Shown here one piece after another: positions 18,422 through 33,304 of a stretch of DNA of 64,000 bases. The number at the start of each line of letters is the position of its first letter. Position 1 is the stretch's first letter. The notes under the pieces were generated by a model that saw nothing but the letters and a program-made list of their open reading frames with translations, did not search any database and was not told where the DNA came from. This stretch comes from Eledone cirrhosa (Eukaryota). Where the stretch lies: NCBI GenBank assembly GCA_964016885.1, contig OZ024754.1, positions 11,036,001 through 11,100,000 of the forward strand, written 5' to 3'. Made by a program: the position numbers and the translations under genes.

Positions 18422-18510
18422 TAACATTTAAAAAATGTTGATGTTACTAAATCGTTTATTCATTATAGTTTCAATGGTTCCTTTAAGCAATCCACAATGT
18501 CACACACACA

Positions 18511-18574
<64 letters not shown>

Positions 18575-18758
18575 TATACTACTAAAACTGTGATTGCTTG
18601 CTTGTCTGTAATGTAATACAGCCAAAAGGGCAGATAATGGGAAAATACTTTGAAAGGAAGTTGACCCTGAAATGGGAATACAAATGGAATAAAACAAGTT
18701 TCGCGTAAATCGGAGCACGTGATTCTAAGATATAGGTTTTTTCCGGTTACCTTCATAA

Positions 18759-18801
<43 letters not shown>

Positions 18802-19191
18802 GAGAGAGAAAGAGAGTGGTTGAGAGAGTAGATTGAAAGAGACATATAGAGAGAGAGGAGTCAGAGAAGGAGAATGGAAGAGAGAGAGCTGGTGTTGTGT
18901 GTGTGTATATATATATATATATGTGAGTGAGTTAGTGTGTCTATGAGCAGTGTATATGGATCACAAACACCCACATTTATATGTATTTATACACACACAC
19001 ATTTATATATATACATACATACATACGTACGTATATATATATATATATGGGCCTTCCAGTTTCATTATACATTATATACGTCTGTATATTTCAATTATTA
19101 AAAAGTTATTCTTAAGTGAACATATTTTTAAAATATTTTGAAGTGAACGTGACCCAATGGGTCACGGGTGGTCAAGCACACACACACACAC

Positions 19192-19235
<44 letters not shown>

Positions 19236-19404
19236 ACGATCATCTGTTTCTTATATACAATTCAAAGACATTCAACTACGATGAAGTTTTATTTTTAAAT
19301 TATTTTATTTAATCGTAATAAAAAAAATTTTTTATTTTTTATAAAATATTCATGATTTCATCAACATAGAACTGTCGTTTGATATAACAATTCATTTTCT
19401 ACAA

Positions 19405-19600
19405 CAACTGTAGAGCTTGATTTAAATGTCTCCAACAGTAGAGCTTGGTTTAAATGTCACCAACAGTAGAGCTTGGTTTAAATGTCACCAACAGTAGAGC
19501 TTAGTTTAAATGTCTCCAACAGTAGAGCTTGGTTTAAATGTCACCAACTTTAGAGCTTGATTTAAATTTCAACGACTGTAGAACTTGGTTTAAATGTCAT
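19405..19600 (-). repeat. 28-bp VNTR in the presumed 3' UTR of bZIP copy B (about 7 units)
   Basis: Reverse complement of the same unit as 51830-52247. Confidence 0.9.
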
Positions 19601-20009
19601 CCGTTATCATAGATATGCATTGATTTCATGGCATCAAATGTAATAACGCAAATCGATCTGGATTTTGTCAACCAATAATCAGGTAATCCATCTAGTTCAC
19701 ACTAGTCCACGCCTTCAAACCTCAGATTATTTTTCTGTATTTTCTGATTTTGAATTAGAAATTACCCAAGCAGCAGGGCTATATTGGAAATTATTCAAGA
19801 ATTCATATGAATTCTACCAACCGGATTGTTATCTTTTTCGTGTCTCTCAAACAAGAGAGTACCACTGTCAACTAGCAGAAAATATCTTCATTAAATGAAG
19901 CACGGCAAAGATTTTCTTTAGATTCCTTTAGAATTACTTTCCATTTAGATTTATGTCTTATAATAAAGCTCATATGATATTATATTCAACTTTCATCTTC
20001 ACGCTATCT

Positions 20010-20132
20010 TTATGGATGCAGTTCCTCTTTAATCAAATGAATTCCTTTAGTTTTTAGATTCTCCATTATCAACATACACTCTTGCTGGTACATCTGCAAC
20101 TCTAAGTTTCTTTTCTTCAATTCTTCCAATAT
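20010..20132 (-). CDS. bZIP copy B exon 3, leucine zipper and stop
   Basis: Identical by eye to copy A exon 3; intron 2 is 475 nt in both copies. Confidence 0.92.
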   Translation of the reverse strand: MLEELKKRNLELQMYQQECMLIMENLKTKGIHLIKEELHP

Positions 20133-20607
20133 CTGTAATATTAAAATAAAATATGTTAGAAATGGTAGAAGCTCATGGATTATTTTATATGACGTTTACT
20201 TTTTCTTCATTTAAGCTGGAATTGATTTAACCTATTTGTAATAATTTAACCATTCTGTAAAGATTTAGCAGAAAATATGTGAAAACAGGTTTCTTATTTC
20301 AAATGTTTGTAGTATGTTCACTATCAGGCAGATTGTTGTGAAAATTTGCAGTATAAAGTGTAAAAACTAAGTTTTTCCTGTGATGTAGTCGTAGTGATGT
20401 TTTGTACTTTTTAAGAATAATTTGCTAATGTGGTTTCGTGTGGTACACGACATTAAGAGTTAAAATATCCACAAACTTTATCAGATTTTACAGTATTAAC
20501 TCCATATTTGGTTGTATAGTTGCTACTATAAGTTAACTATTTTAAACATGGTTTTAAAAATATTTTTAAAATATAATTTCTAACAGAATTCGTTTCTATT
20601 AACTGAC

Positions 20608-20715
20608 CTTTTCGACTCCAGCCTTCTCCACCCTTTGTTTATCTCGATATTTCTTGGCTGCAATTTTATTGCGGTTCTTCATTTTTTTTCTTCGCTCTAT
20701 TTCTAACGAAGACAT
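20608..20715 (-). CDS. bZIP copy B exon 2, basic region
   Basis: 108-nt exon MSSLEIERRKKMKNRNKIAAKKYRDKQRVEKAGVEK with intact AG/GT sites. Confidence 0.93.
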
Positions 20716-20804
20716 CTAAACAAATAAATAAATAATATAGAGACAATAAAAAAAATTAAAAATTAATTATAAATAGACAAATAAATAACTGAGGGGGGGG
20801 GGGG

Positions 20805-21136
20805 GGGGGAGAAATCGATTAAATCGACCCCAGTGCGCTACTGGTACTTTATTTTATCGACCCCGTAAGGATGAAAGGTAAAGCTAACCTCGGCGGGATT
20901 TGAACTCAGAACGTAAAGGGCCGTAAGTCTACCGACACTGCCAATCCACCGTCCTACAATTAAATAAATAATGAATAACATTTAAATAAATAAGAATCAA
21001 CAAGCAAATAAATCAATTAAAATGCAATTACAAATAATTGTTTCTACTTTTGGCACAAGGCCAGCAATTACTCCAGTGTATTACTGGTACTTTATTTTAT
21101 CGACCTCGTAAGGATGAAAGGCAAAGTTAACCTCGG
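20805..21136 (-). mobile_element. SINE family 1 copies in intron 1 of bZIP copy B
   Basis: Consensus match; a further copy lies at 25555-25675 (+). Confidence 0.75.
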
Positions 21137-21342
21137 CCAATACTTTTATTCTTTATAAACGTGATATCTTTTTTTACACAAACTCCTAACACATCCGAGA
21201 CTTTTCTACTTTCCAAGTTTTTTTTTTTATCGTTATTTTTTTTTTATTTTTGATTTACAATAGTTTATAACTTTGCCTATTAATCCGTACGGTGAGCAAA
21301 TGGGGTCCCACGTGCTGGCCTCCCCCACAGTCCCCCCCCCCC

Positions 21343-21500
21343 CGGAGAATGGTAAGGAAGATGCGCTGGAAAAGCCATTCCAGCTCGCGAGGCTCACACC
21401 TGCGGCTGGCCAGCTCAGCGCCAATGGTGGTGAATAGGGAGCTAGTACTAGGGGCCAAGGACACCAGAAGTCTCCACTTCCAAGCACACGACCGCGAACC
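21343..21500 (-). mobile_element. CRE-like non-LTR retrotransposon RLE C-terminal fragment
   Basis: VETSGVLGP (1-nt frameshift) STSSLFTTIGAELASRRCEPRELEWLFQRIFLTILRG resembles the ET.G..G...LFQR.S..I.RGN ending of CRE-clade ORFs. Confidence 0.6.
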
Positions 21501-21753
21501 TGTCGGAGAGCGACCGGAAGAAACACGAAACATGAAACGCCACTATAAAATAGTGGTGTGATCCCTTAAAGTGGAAAAAAGGGTTAATTTGCCTTTAAAA
21601 AGGGGTTATATTCACAACTAAGACTGTTTCATTGTGATATTTTACGCATCCTACTTCTTGATAGAACAAAATAAAAAACACTTTGGAATTTCAATGTCAC
21701 TCGCTCTTCGTAAATCGCTCCAGAGAGAGAGAGAAATAGCTAGAGAGAGAAAG

Positions 21754-21829
<76 letters not shown>

Positions 21830-22081
21830 TTCACTTGTTTCATTTTTATTTTTTTATCCTCTAAAAAAAAAATTGTTCCCCCCCCACCCCACCCCACCCC
21901 ACCCCCTTTTAATGTCTTTCCACCCATCCACCCCTTGAACTCTTTACCTGCCCACTTTTCTCCTGATGAAGGGCTTATGCCCGAAACGTCGACCCCCCAC
22001 CCCCCACTCAAGCGTGAAACTAATATTAACATTTTGTACTGCCTCTTCGCTTCCTCGTTGTTTTTTTTGTTTACTGTTTCA

Positions 22082-22085
<4 letters not shown>
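21830..22085 (+). mobile_element. 3'-terminal remnant of a Penelope-like family related to 60000-60268
   Basis: Shares the hammerhead and CTCAAG..CGTGAAACTAATA..GTACTGCCTCT tail; flanked by TA-rich microsatellites. Confidence 0.7.
21956..22019 (+). ncRNA. Minimal hammerhead ribozyme
   Basis: CTGATGA-A GGGC TTAT GCCC-GAAAC GTC; core at 21963-21990. Confidence 0.7.
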
Positions 22086-22122
<37 letters not shown>

Positions 22123-22163
22123 TAACAACAAAGAGCGCTTAGAACATAGGTATATCTTTAATT

Positions 22164-22209
22164 GCTAACAGTGTTTCGTCCACACTAGAAGTGGGGACTC
22201 TTCAGAGCA
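22164..22209 (-). ncRNA. Type I hammerhead ribozyme
   Basis: TGCT-CTGAAGA-GTCCCCAC TTCTA GTGTGGAC-GAAA-CA C TG TT/AGCA. Confidence 0.72.
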
Positions 22210-22371
22210 TAAAGAGTAAATACATAGTATACAAGCATTGACAAAGCCAAAACAGAAGAATATATGTGGGGGATACCATAAGTTGGGAGGAGTTTAAAGA
22301 GTAAAGTAAAAGGAGTAAAATAAGAAAAGAGTAAAATAAAAATAAAAATTAAAATTAAAATAATCTACGTA

Positions 22372-22615
22372 AGTCTTCCACCTTCAGCGCCCAGGTCTCA
22401 CTACCATGCAACATCGCTGTTCGGATACACGCATCATACAGTCTGCCTTTCATTCTGAGGGAGAAGCCTTTTGCAGCTAACAGTGGCAGTAGTTCCCTAA
22501 ACTTCTTCCATCCCGTTCTTACCCTAGTTATTGTACTTTCTGAACACCCACCTCCGTTGCTAATTCGGTCACCTAGGTAGCAGAAGCTGTCTACTGTTTC
22601 TACAGGGCTCTCCCA
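22372..22615 (-). mobile_element. RTE-like LINE internal fragment
   Basis: [19 protein letters not shown]...[12 protein letters not shown]...[22 protein letters not shown]. Confidence 0.8.
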
Positions 22616-22619
22616 GAGA

Positions 22620-23925
<1,306 letters not shown>

Positions 23926-24299
23926 AAACCCAAGGTTAACAACTTAAATCTATTCTTTAATTTCTACGTTCCAAAACAAGTTATAATTGTACATGTGTAT
24001 GCAAATAATGATTTAATAGAAAACAATTCTTTAGCGTTTACACAATACATAATATATATCAGGAAATTATAAACAGGGATACAGTTTAACCACGTTAGAT
24101 ACCAGTGTTCCTGAAAGGGTCGTGGAGGCAGTTCCTGAAACACTGGACTGTCTGAAGACTGCCCCCACGACCCTGTCACGAAGAAAAGAAAATACCATAT
24201 CAAATAATAGATGTTGGTATTTAATGAAGGCCGTACGTAAAGTGGTTTTAACGTGCAAAGTTGCAAGAGATTGTGATATATATATATATGTGTGCTTGT

Positions 24300-24339
<40 letters not shown>

Positions 24340-24420
24340 GTGTTAATGTTAGTGTGTGTGTGTGTGTGTGTGTGTGTGGTTGTCAGTGTGTGTGTGTCAG
24401 TGTGTGTGTATGTGTTAGTG

Positions 24421-24480
<60 letters not shown>

Positions 24481-25917
24481 AGTGTGTGTGTGTGTGTCAA
24501 TGTGTGTGTGTGTCAGTGTGTGTGTGTGTGTGTTAGTGTGTGTTAGTGTGTGTGTTAGTGTGTGTGTATGTGTGTGTGTGTGTATATATTAACTGTAATA
24601 ACAGTCGAACACTCTAGATAATAGTTAAGAAAATTTCCCAGCGCTTCGATAATTCATAAAGTGTGTGTGTTGTGGAGGAGCGGGTGGCTTATTAGTTTCA
24701 CAGGGACCCGGGGAGAAAAAGATTTACTTATATAAATTCTATGGAAATTGGTAAACCACACAAGAAGAATGTGAGAAAATCTTTAAATGAAAAGAAAAAA
24801 AACACACACATCGTTATTGATCACAAAGCAGCTTTTTATTGCACAACACATTACGGATGTTATGAAATCAAGGTGATGTTTTAAGTGCGTTGAATTCAAA
24901 CTAACAGAGATACGCATACATACAAATTATAGATTGTGGAAACCTTCTCTGAATTGGGTGGGCGGGGAGAGGCCAAAATTCGTCATTTTAGTTGTAGTAA
25001 TTAGTTTAGTCGATATATATGTATAATGTATATTAAAAAAATGTTTATATGCGATAAACATAACATGTACATAAATTGTAGCGTATAATCCAAATAGATG
25101 TGTTTTGGTAATTTGGGGAGGAAATTTTAATTGTTATGCGGAGGGGCAGGGGCCTCGTTTGCCTTTAAAATGTGAGGGGGACAAACCAACATTTGTTGAT
25201 TTTTAACCCTTTAGCATTTAAACTGGCCATATCCAGCCAGAATGTTCTCACCTCTTTCTGTTCAATCCGGCCATAACTGGCCCTTCATAGTGACTTTAAG
25301 GTATTGTTCTCAAAATAAATAACAAAATCTCATAGATTCGATATTATGTGAGATACAATGTGAGATAAAGCCTTTACCGTGAAAATACAAAAGTATATAT
25401 AGGATAATGTAAATGGAGCATAAATTGCGTATGGTGCCTTTCCCGGACCCTATCACATAAGTAAAATTTTAGGCTAATTAAATTTTATATATTCAAATGA
25501 AGTTCAGATATAAAAAAAATAAGCTTAAAAAGAATTTTATTATATCAAATATATGAGTTCAAATCCCGCTGAGGTTAACTTTGCCTTTCATCCTTACGGG
25601 GTCGATAAAATAAAGTACCAGTAATGCACTGGGTATTTGCTGGTTTTGTGCCAAAAGTAGAAACAATTATTATTATGTGTCATAGACACTTTGGAATATT
25701 ATAACTAATAATAACTTTCTTACTTAATTACAACAAAAAAATAATTTAAAAAAAAAAAAAATAATAATTTAACGCATAATAAAAAATAATTTAACGCAAG
25801 ATAACCCATTTCTAAATACAAATATGAAGACATTTCTAAATATAAAGGATATGAAGATATACATAAATACAAAGACTATGAAGACATTTCTAAATACAAA
25901 GGATATAACAACATAAG

Positions 25918-26082
25918 AAAAGACAAGATGTTCGCGTCGAGAAAAGACAAGATGTTCGCGTCAAAAAAAGACAAGATGTTCGCGTCGAGAAAAGACAAGA
26001 TGTTCGCGTCGAGAAAAGACAAGATGTTCGCGTCGAGAAAAGACAAGATGTTCGCGTCGAGAAAAGACAAGATGTTCGCGTC
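25918..26082. repeat. 24-bp minisatellite x7 in intron 1 of bZIP copy B
   Basis: Unit ATGTTCGCGTCGAGAAAAGACAAG. Confidence 0.92.
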
Positions 26083-27263
26083 TGAAAAGTATTTCATCTT
26101 ATGCCGGCTTCACTGGATAGATCCCTGTCTAAAAGATATTCTTTCTTTCTCACTATATATAAAACTTAAAGTCTGGCTATATATATATATATATAAATCA
26201 GGATGGATTCAGTTTGAAGCTGGTTAGACCATTATTCAACAGAGTACTCGATACTTAGGGTAGTAGAGTATGGTTATATTATAAAGAGTCGGGGGACCCT
26301 GATGGCTGTATGCAGGGGCCTTGTTTGCCTTTAAAATGTGAAGGGGACAAACCAACATTTGTTGATTCTTAAAGCAGCATGTTAGTATTGCTTAAGGTTC
26401 CTTTCCCGGACCCTATCACATAAGTAAAATGTTACACTAATTAAATTTTATATATTCAAATGAAGTTCAGATATAAAAAATAAGCTTAAAAAGAATTTAT
26501 TATATCAAATAAACAAAAAACAAAAGATGGTTTGTCCCCCGTTCCTGAAAAAGTGGGGGGGGGGGGGCTTGTCCCCTGGTACCCTCCTGAAACAAACCTC
26601 TTGGCTGTATGTACATATCTATGTCTGTGTGTATGTATGTATGTACATATGTATGTGTGTATGTATTTACATATGTATGTCTGTGTGAATGTATGTATGT
26701 ACATATGTATGTGTGTATGTATGTACATATGTATGTCTGTGTGAATGTATGTATGTACATATGTATGTGTGTGTGTATGTACATATGTATGTACATATGT
26801 ATGTATGTATGCAGTGCCTTTGCTCACTATAAAAGCTTCACAGCACAGGCATTACTTTATATCTGGAGATCTCTCTGCACTTGTCGTCACATGATACCAT
26901 GGGCCCAGCACTATGTGTCAATAATTGTCACAAGTGTAGTGTTTGTACCAGAGTTTTCAAGTTGCTGGCTGGACTAAAAAATCACACTCGTTCAGCGCAT
27001 CGGTAGAGGTTCTCCTACATGGATATAAAGTAGTGGCCGTACTCGAAAACGAGTTGGCAGCCACCATACCATGTCTGTGTGAATGTATGTATGTATGTAT
27101 GTACATATGTATGTGTGTATGTATTTACATATGTATGTCTGTGTGTATGTATGTACATATGTATGTCTGTGTGAATGTATGTTTGTACATATGTATGTTA
27201 TGTATCTATGTTATGTATATAAGGTGTGTGAGTGCTAGAGAGAGAGTAATAAAAACGACGTAC

Positions 27264-27494
27264 CTGGTATTTTGGTTGAGGTTTTCTTTCCAGCTCCAAA
27301 CTTTCTCCGTTCTGATGGCTTTTAAGCTGTAACTTAAACTTTAACTGAAGTTTAATCAACGGAAGTGTACTGTTGCTTTTTGCGGAGATTTCTGCTGTTT
27401 TCCTCACATCGGGGTCTAACTTATTATTGTTGAAATAATCGAAAAGAGTTTCTTCCATTGGTTCTGATGAATCAAAAATATAGTCGACTTCCAT
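27264..27494 (-). CDS. bZIP transcription factor (Fos/ATF3-like), copy B, coding exon 1 of complement(join(20010..20132,20608..20715,27264..27494)), 153 aa
   Basis: 231-nt exon differing from copy A at 3 positions (L/F, S/N, S/R); donor GTACGT at 27263. Confidence 0.9.
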
Positions 27495-27549
27495 TTCTTA
27501 ATGTGTGTATAAAAAGAGCGAGAGAGAAATGGTGCGTGTAGTTCGAAGA

Positions 27550-27615
27550 CAGGCTATTTCCGCTTCTTCGCATCTGGGCGGAGCTTATTCTCAGATTCAT
27601 TCGTAGCCAATTAAT
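27550..27615 (-). promoter_or_regulatory. Putative TATA-less promoter of bZIP copy B: GC box and CCAAT box
   Basis: GGGCGGAG 27576-27583, CCAAT 27607-27611 and an ETS-like CGGAA at 27558-27562, just upstream of the 5' UTR shared with copy A. Confidence 0.45.
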
Positions 27616-27860
27616 ACTCTCTTACTCTCTTTAATTCTCTCACTTTCGCTCCCACTCTCTTACTTACTCTCACTTCCACTCCCTTACTTACTCTCTTTCT
27701 CTCTTACTCGCTCTTTTCCTCTCCTACTCGCTCACTGGCTCTCTTTCTCTCTTATTCACTTTCTCGCTCACTTACTCTCTCACTCGCTCTCTTACTCACT
27801 CTCTTTCTCTCGCTCGTTCTCTTACTTACTCTCTTACTCGCTCTCTTACTCGCTCTCTTA

Positions 27861-27989
<129 letters not shown>

Positions 27990-28144
27990 GTATTCGTTCT
28001 TTCTAGTTTCTTCTAGTTTCTATTCTTGAGTTAGTTTCATTTAATTCCTTCTAAGTTTCATGTTAGAAAAAAGTGTTGGCGGATGAATACAGTGATATGC
28101 CCGTTTAGAGAAATCAGTTGTGTGGTCCAATGAAAAAAATAATA

Positions 28145-28590
28145 ATAATTGTTTCTACTTTAGGCACAAGGCCAGCAATTACCCAGTACATTACTGGTAC
28201 TTTATTTTATCGACCCCGTAAGGATGAAAGGCAAAGTCAACCTCGGCGAAAAAAATAATAATAATGATTTCTTTATTAACCACAAAGGGTCCACATCAAG
28301 AAAACACCTTATGACAGTACAGGACGAAAAGAGTGTGGAGTGGGGGCCACAAGGCCAGCAATTTTGGGGGAGGGGAAAGTCGATTAAATCGACACCAGTA
28401 CATTACTGGTACTTTATTTTATCGACCCCGTAAGGATGAAAGGCAAAGCTAACCTCGGCGGGATTTAAACTCAGAACGTAAAGGGCCATAACTCCATGCT
28501 GCATAGCATGGTGTTTGACTCTCTACCGATACTGCCAATCCGCCACCCTAATAATGGTTTCTACTATAAGCACAAAGCCAGCAATTTTAA
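28145..28590 (-). mobile_element. SINE family 1 cluster
   Basis: Partial and full copies. Confidence 0.75.
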
Positions 28591-28599
28591 GGATGAAAG

Positions 28600-29910
28600 G
28601 AAATTCAACCAATACGCAGTGTGGCTGAAAGAGATTCAAATAAACTACTGCACCTAGACTACAACAAAAATATACAGCATCATTGACGTTACACTGGAGA
28701 CTATGATAGGAAAACTCCAAGATAAAAGGGCACCAGGAAGAGATTTGATTGTTGGTTACTGGTACAAAACACTGATATCCTGTAAGATGTATCTTATAAA
28801 CCTCTACCAGCAAGCTCTCAAGCGAGATGCACATATACAAGGGTGGTTGACATTACTAGAATCAAGATTGGTCCCCAAGAACAAAGACACCCACCCACCT
28901 GGCAACAACAAAAAACTACCGAACCAGAATTTTCTTCTTCTTCGCCTACTTATTCCTGGGAGGGTCGTTGGGGTAAACAGAGTCCGCAAACACTCCTTCC
29001 AGCGGGTCCTGTCAGAAGCAACCGTCTCTAACTGATCCGGCTGGGTCTCCAAGCGAGACCAGCCAAGCTCATGGGTGTCGTCTAACCATCTTACTCAAGG
29101 TCTACCCCTGGGTCTCCTACCTGTTGGTTTTGCTTGTAAAATCTGTCCAGCGATTCTTTCCTGAGACATTCTAACCACATGTCTAAAGTATCGAAGCTGA
29201 AATCTCTCAATTCTGAGAAGTAGTAGCTCTCTACCTGGAACGACTCTCTGATCCCTGAGCTACACACACACTCTATCAGGTAACGTTGCTCCAAAGACTC
29301 TTCAGAGGAACCTCATTTCGACTGCTTGTATTCGCGATCGTATTCTTTCGGCCATTAACCAAGATTCCTGACCATAGGTAAGGGTTGGCACGAATACCGA
29401 ATTGATGATAGCGAGTTTGGCTTTTTCGCCTACTGCCCTTCTTCTGATTACTGAGTGCTGAAGCTGGCACATTACTGCACCAGCTCCTACAATTCTTGCA
29501 CTTAATTCAGCCGTTCTCTAGCAGGACAGCTCTGCCGAGAAAAGATGTACCGACACCTTTAAAAATAAGGAATACTGGTGGGACATTTCAATAAAAACAG
29601 CAATCCGGATCGAACACGACAGATCTGATACGGGTCTATAGGACAGGGAACAAAAGTCATGCACTATTGTAGCTGCCCAGTGGGTGTGAATGTATCGTCT
29701 AAGGTTGATGAAAAAGAAAACATCTGTAGTGAGCTAATGTAAAACTTACAGCTCATTTATCCTGACTATAAACTTATATTTGTAACTATCATCATAGATG
29801 CATTAGGCTAAGGGGCCACAGGTTTGAACAAAAATCTGAAAATACTGGCGGGTGGAGGGTGGGGTCAAAAAAAGAAAACAAAGCAAACAAACCCACATCC
29901 TCCAAATACA
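28600..29910 (+). pseudogene. Degenerate R4-like retrotransposon fragments, interrupted by an RTE fragment
   Basis: 28700-28905 KRAPGRDLIVGYWYK...WLTLLESRLVPKNKDTHPPGN (RT N-terminal part). 29570-29810 EYWWDISIKTAIRIEHDRSD...SCP...EKENI, with stops and frameshifts, homologous to the 39220-39470 region. Confidence 0.7.
28975..29510 (-). mobile_element. RTE-clade LINE 3' fragment
   Basis: Minus-strand frames give PTLTYGQESW, EMRFL, RRPRGRP, RWLDD, ASDRTRWK with frameshifts. Confidence 0.75.
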
Positions 29911-29914
29911 ATTG

Positions 29915-30245
29915 AATGGATTACGGGGATGCAGGTTAAATCATTAGGCCCCGAGTTCGATCCCAATGCGTGGCAACTCAGTAAATGGCATTTGCTACAT
30001 TGTGTGTAAAATAGGGGAGACAGAATCTGTTTGGAAGCTGGTCGGATGGACTTAACTCGTAATGCAAGTGAGCAGACTTGCCACACACACACGCTGAACC
30101 ACACTGTATCTCCCTGGGAATTACTTTAAGGGTACACGTGACAGTGGAATGCTCAGTCACTGACGCGTTAATTTCACGAGCAGTCTGTTTCGTTTGTCAC
30201 GTAAACTGGAACATCATCGCTGAAACCGACGGAGTTGCATTCCAA
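29915..30245 (+). mobile_element. Second tRNA-derived SINE-like family (decayed)
   Basis: B-box GAGTTCGATCCC at about 29953, followed by a non-coding body. Confidence 0.5.
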
Positions 30246-30584
30246 TACTTATTTATTATCCTCAAAACTACGTTTCAACTGAACTTCTAACTCTGATGAT
30301 CAATTAGATGCTTCAGTTGTTTTGTAGACGGTGTGGGGGGGGGGGGGGACTGAGAAGTTTACAAGATAGGAAAATGGCCGGGCTAAATAAAATATTTGGA
30401 AGGGCCATGGTGAACTAGCGAGGGTGAGACTACACCCTAGCCTGACTAACAAACAAATTGTTGGTCCCTCATTCAGACTATCTGCGCTTCCTCAAAACAT
30501 GTTCAGACTTGCATGAAAACAATATATACAGATATATATATATGTGTGTGTGTATACATATATAAGTATATACATATATATATA

Positions 30585-30642
<58 letters not shown>

Positions 30643-30647
30643 CATAC

Positions 30648-30907
<260 letters not shown>

Positions 30908-30997
30908 AAAGCATGTATTGAGTTAGAAACTCAAAATAGTCTCATTACATTACAGTAAAATTAGCTCTAGGAAAAAGGTTTTTTTCCGAGCCGTATA

Positions 30998-31056
<59 letters not shown>

Positions 31057-31086
31057 AACAAAAGATGGCTAAAAGAGTTCCATGTA

Positions 31087-31153
31087 TTTTATTATGCGCA
31101 TTTCAAAAACAAATATCATCATGCAATAATATTTGTGTTTTCATCAGATAAAA
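31087..31153 (-). ncRNA. Type I hammerhead ribozyme (left arm of fold-back)
   Basis: Reverse complement of 31229-31295. Confidence 0.72.
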
Positions 31154-31228
31154 CAGGAAGACATGATATGAAGGTTAAAAACTGCACTATCCACAAGTGT
31201 TTTTTAACCTTCATATCATGTCTTCCTG

Positions 31229-31295
31229 TTTTATCTGATGAAAACACAAATATTATTGCATGATGATATTTGTTTTTGAAATGCGCATAATAAAA
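31229..31295 (+). ncRNA. Type I hammerhead ribozyme (right arm of fold-back)
   Basis: TTTTAT-CTGATGA-[ACAAATATTATT/GATGATATTTGT helix II]-GAAA-TGCGCA TA/ATAAAA. Confidence 0.72.
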
Positions 31296-31419
31296 TAGAT
31301 GGAACTCTTTTAACCATCTTTTGTTCTTATATATATATATACTCCAGTCCTACAAACTGTAGAGTGCTTCTTATCCGATATCTGCATTGCTTTATTGTGC
31401 TCCAATAAAACTCACCTCC

Positions 31420-31460
<41 letters not shown>

Positions 31461-31996
31461 ATACTTGGGGAGGGTCATATTTGCGTAATATTGCCAGAAT
31501 TAATAACAGAACACACTCACTGTTTGGTTGGTTTTCGCTTCTCGCTGTCTTTTATTATATCTGCGATCTAACTTACTCGGTCCTCAATGTTGCCATTGAC
31601 TGACCGGCGGTCAAAAATAATACAGATACAATATAGACACAAACACATATATATATATATAGTTTACATAATTTACATAAATCTTTCGTTGCACATCTGC
31701 AACATCGTCAGTGGTGTTATATTCATTGTTCCTCCTGTTGTGTTGTATGTCTACGCCATTTTTTATTCAGTCTGTCTATATATTTATTTATTTATTTATT
31801 TGCTTGTTTGTTTATCTTATTTTATTTTGTCTTCTTTGCGCATGCGTTTGCGTGTGTGTATAGTGTTATGTGTGATGTGTGACTAGTGTGTATAGTGTTG
31901 TGTCTGCTGGGTGACTAGTGTGTGTTTATGTGCTTGTTGTTATTGTGCTTGTGTATGTATTTATTTATCTTATTTTATTTTATTTTATTTACTTAT

Positions 31997-32930
31997 TTAT
32001 ACTTCTCTTAGGTCAGTGTTGTTTGTTTGGGTGTTGTTGTTGTTCCACTCATTCTTTCTGTTTAGCTTTGGTCTTCTAATTTCTATTTCACTGGCCTCTC
32101 TGATTTGCCTATCTGCTGGGTCATTCCTATGTTTAGATATTATTCTAATTTCTATGTTGTCTATGTTACCGTCATGTTGTTGTCTAGCATGTTCGTATAG
32201 TACTGACCAGTTTTTTCGTCCTTTTAGTTCCCCCCAGTGTTGGTCTATCCTTTCACCTATGCTACGAGCTGTCTCACCTATGTATGTTGTTGTCATGTTT
32301 CTGCAAGTACCCTCTGTACATCTTATGCTATAGACTACGTTTCTAGTTTTACAGTTTATCCGGGGGTTCACCTTACATATGATACACTTCCTATTGGTAC
32401 AGTGGGTTTTCTTAAAAGGGTAGGTTTTGCTGATCAGGGATTTTATGGTGGTTCCTGGCTTTTCTACCACCTTTATTTTTAAGTGGGTCTTTCTCAGGGC
32501 CTTTCTACACTGGTTAGCTAATTTCCCTCCAGGGGTGGCGTCCACAAACATGACACTCTGATATCTCTGGTTGTCGTACCATGATGTGGCCTTCCCTATC
32601 TTATGTCTAGCCCTATCTAAGCTATTCCATGATTTGCTCCTGTATAGTGGGCAGATTCCTTTCATGTCCAGTTCTATGAGGGTCTTATACTTTTCCATGG
32701 CTCCTTCGTATACTCTGACTCTGTCTCTTTGGTTGTAGCCAGAGAACTGCATGCGGTTGATGAAGTGTTGGATGTGTCCTTCCATTTCTGTTGGGTCGCA
32801 CATGCTGGACACATTCTTCATCACTCGTACCAAATCTGCGATCAGAATATTAAACTTAGCACTACTGGACATTGCTGAGTTTTTGAGTATCAGGTATTTG
32901 GAGGCCATGGGTTTAGCATAGTGTGAGTGG
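31997..32930 (-). mobile_element. Penelope-like element, RT C-terminus + GIY-YIG endonuclease (5'-truncated)
   Basis: 303-aa ORF with CxxxxCxxC linker, NVVYSIRC...YIGETARSIGERIDQH, IREA..I...PKLN. Confidence 0.88.
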
Positions 32931-33304
32931 AGAATTTGGGCTCTCTCGTCTATATATATTATATTTATTATTATTACTATATATATATATATATATATAC
33001 TTATATAATAATAAAAGTAGAAATAAACACAGTAAATTGTGTGTCTAAAATTACGAGGGTAGAAGTATCACATTGGTTTGATAAATTAAATATATATACA
33101 GAACGTCTGAATAACTATTTCATGAAATAGTTATTGAAACGGTCTGTATAACTATTTCATGAAATAGTTATTGAAACGGTCTGTACATATACTCTATATC
33201 TTCCGTTTGCTTCAGGTTTAATTTATCAAACCAATGTGATACTTCTACCCTCGTAATTTTAGGCACACAATTTACTCTGTTTATTTCTACTTATATTATT
33301 ATAT

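Noticed and set aside
24100-24180. Possible permuted hammerhead (GAAAC...GTCTGAAGA inside a hairpin)
   Set aside because: Helix I is absent, so a complete fold cannot be drawn.
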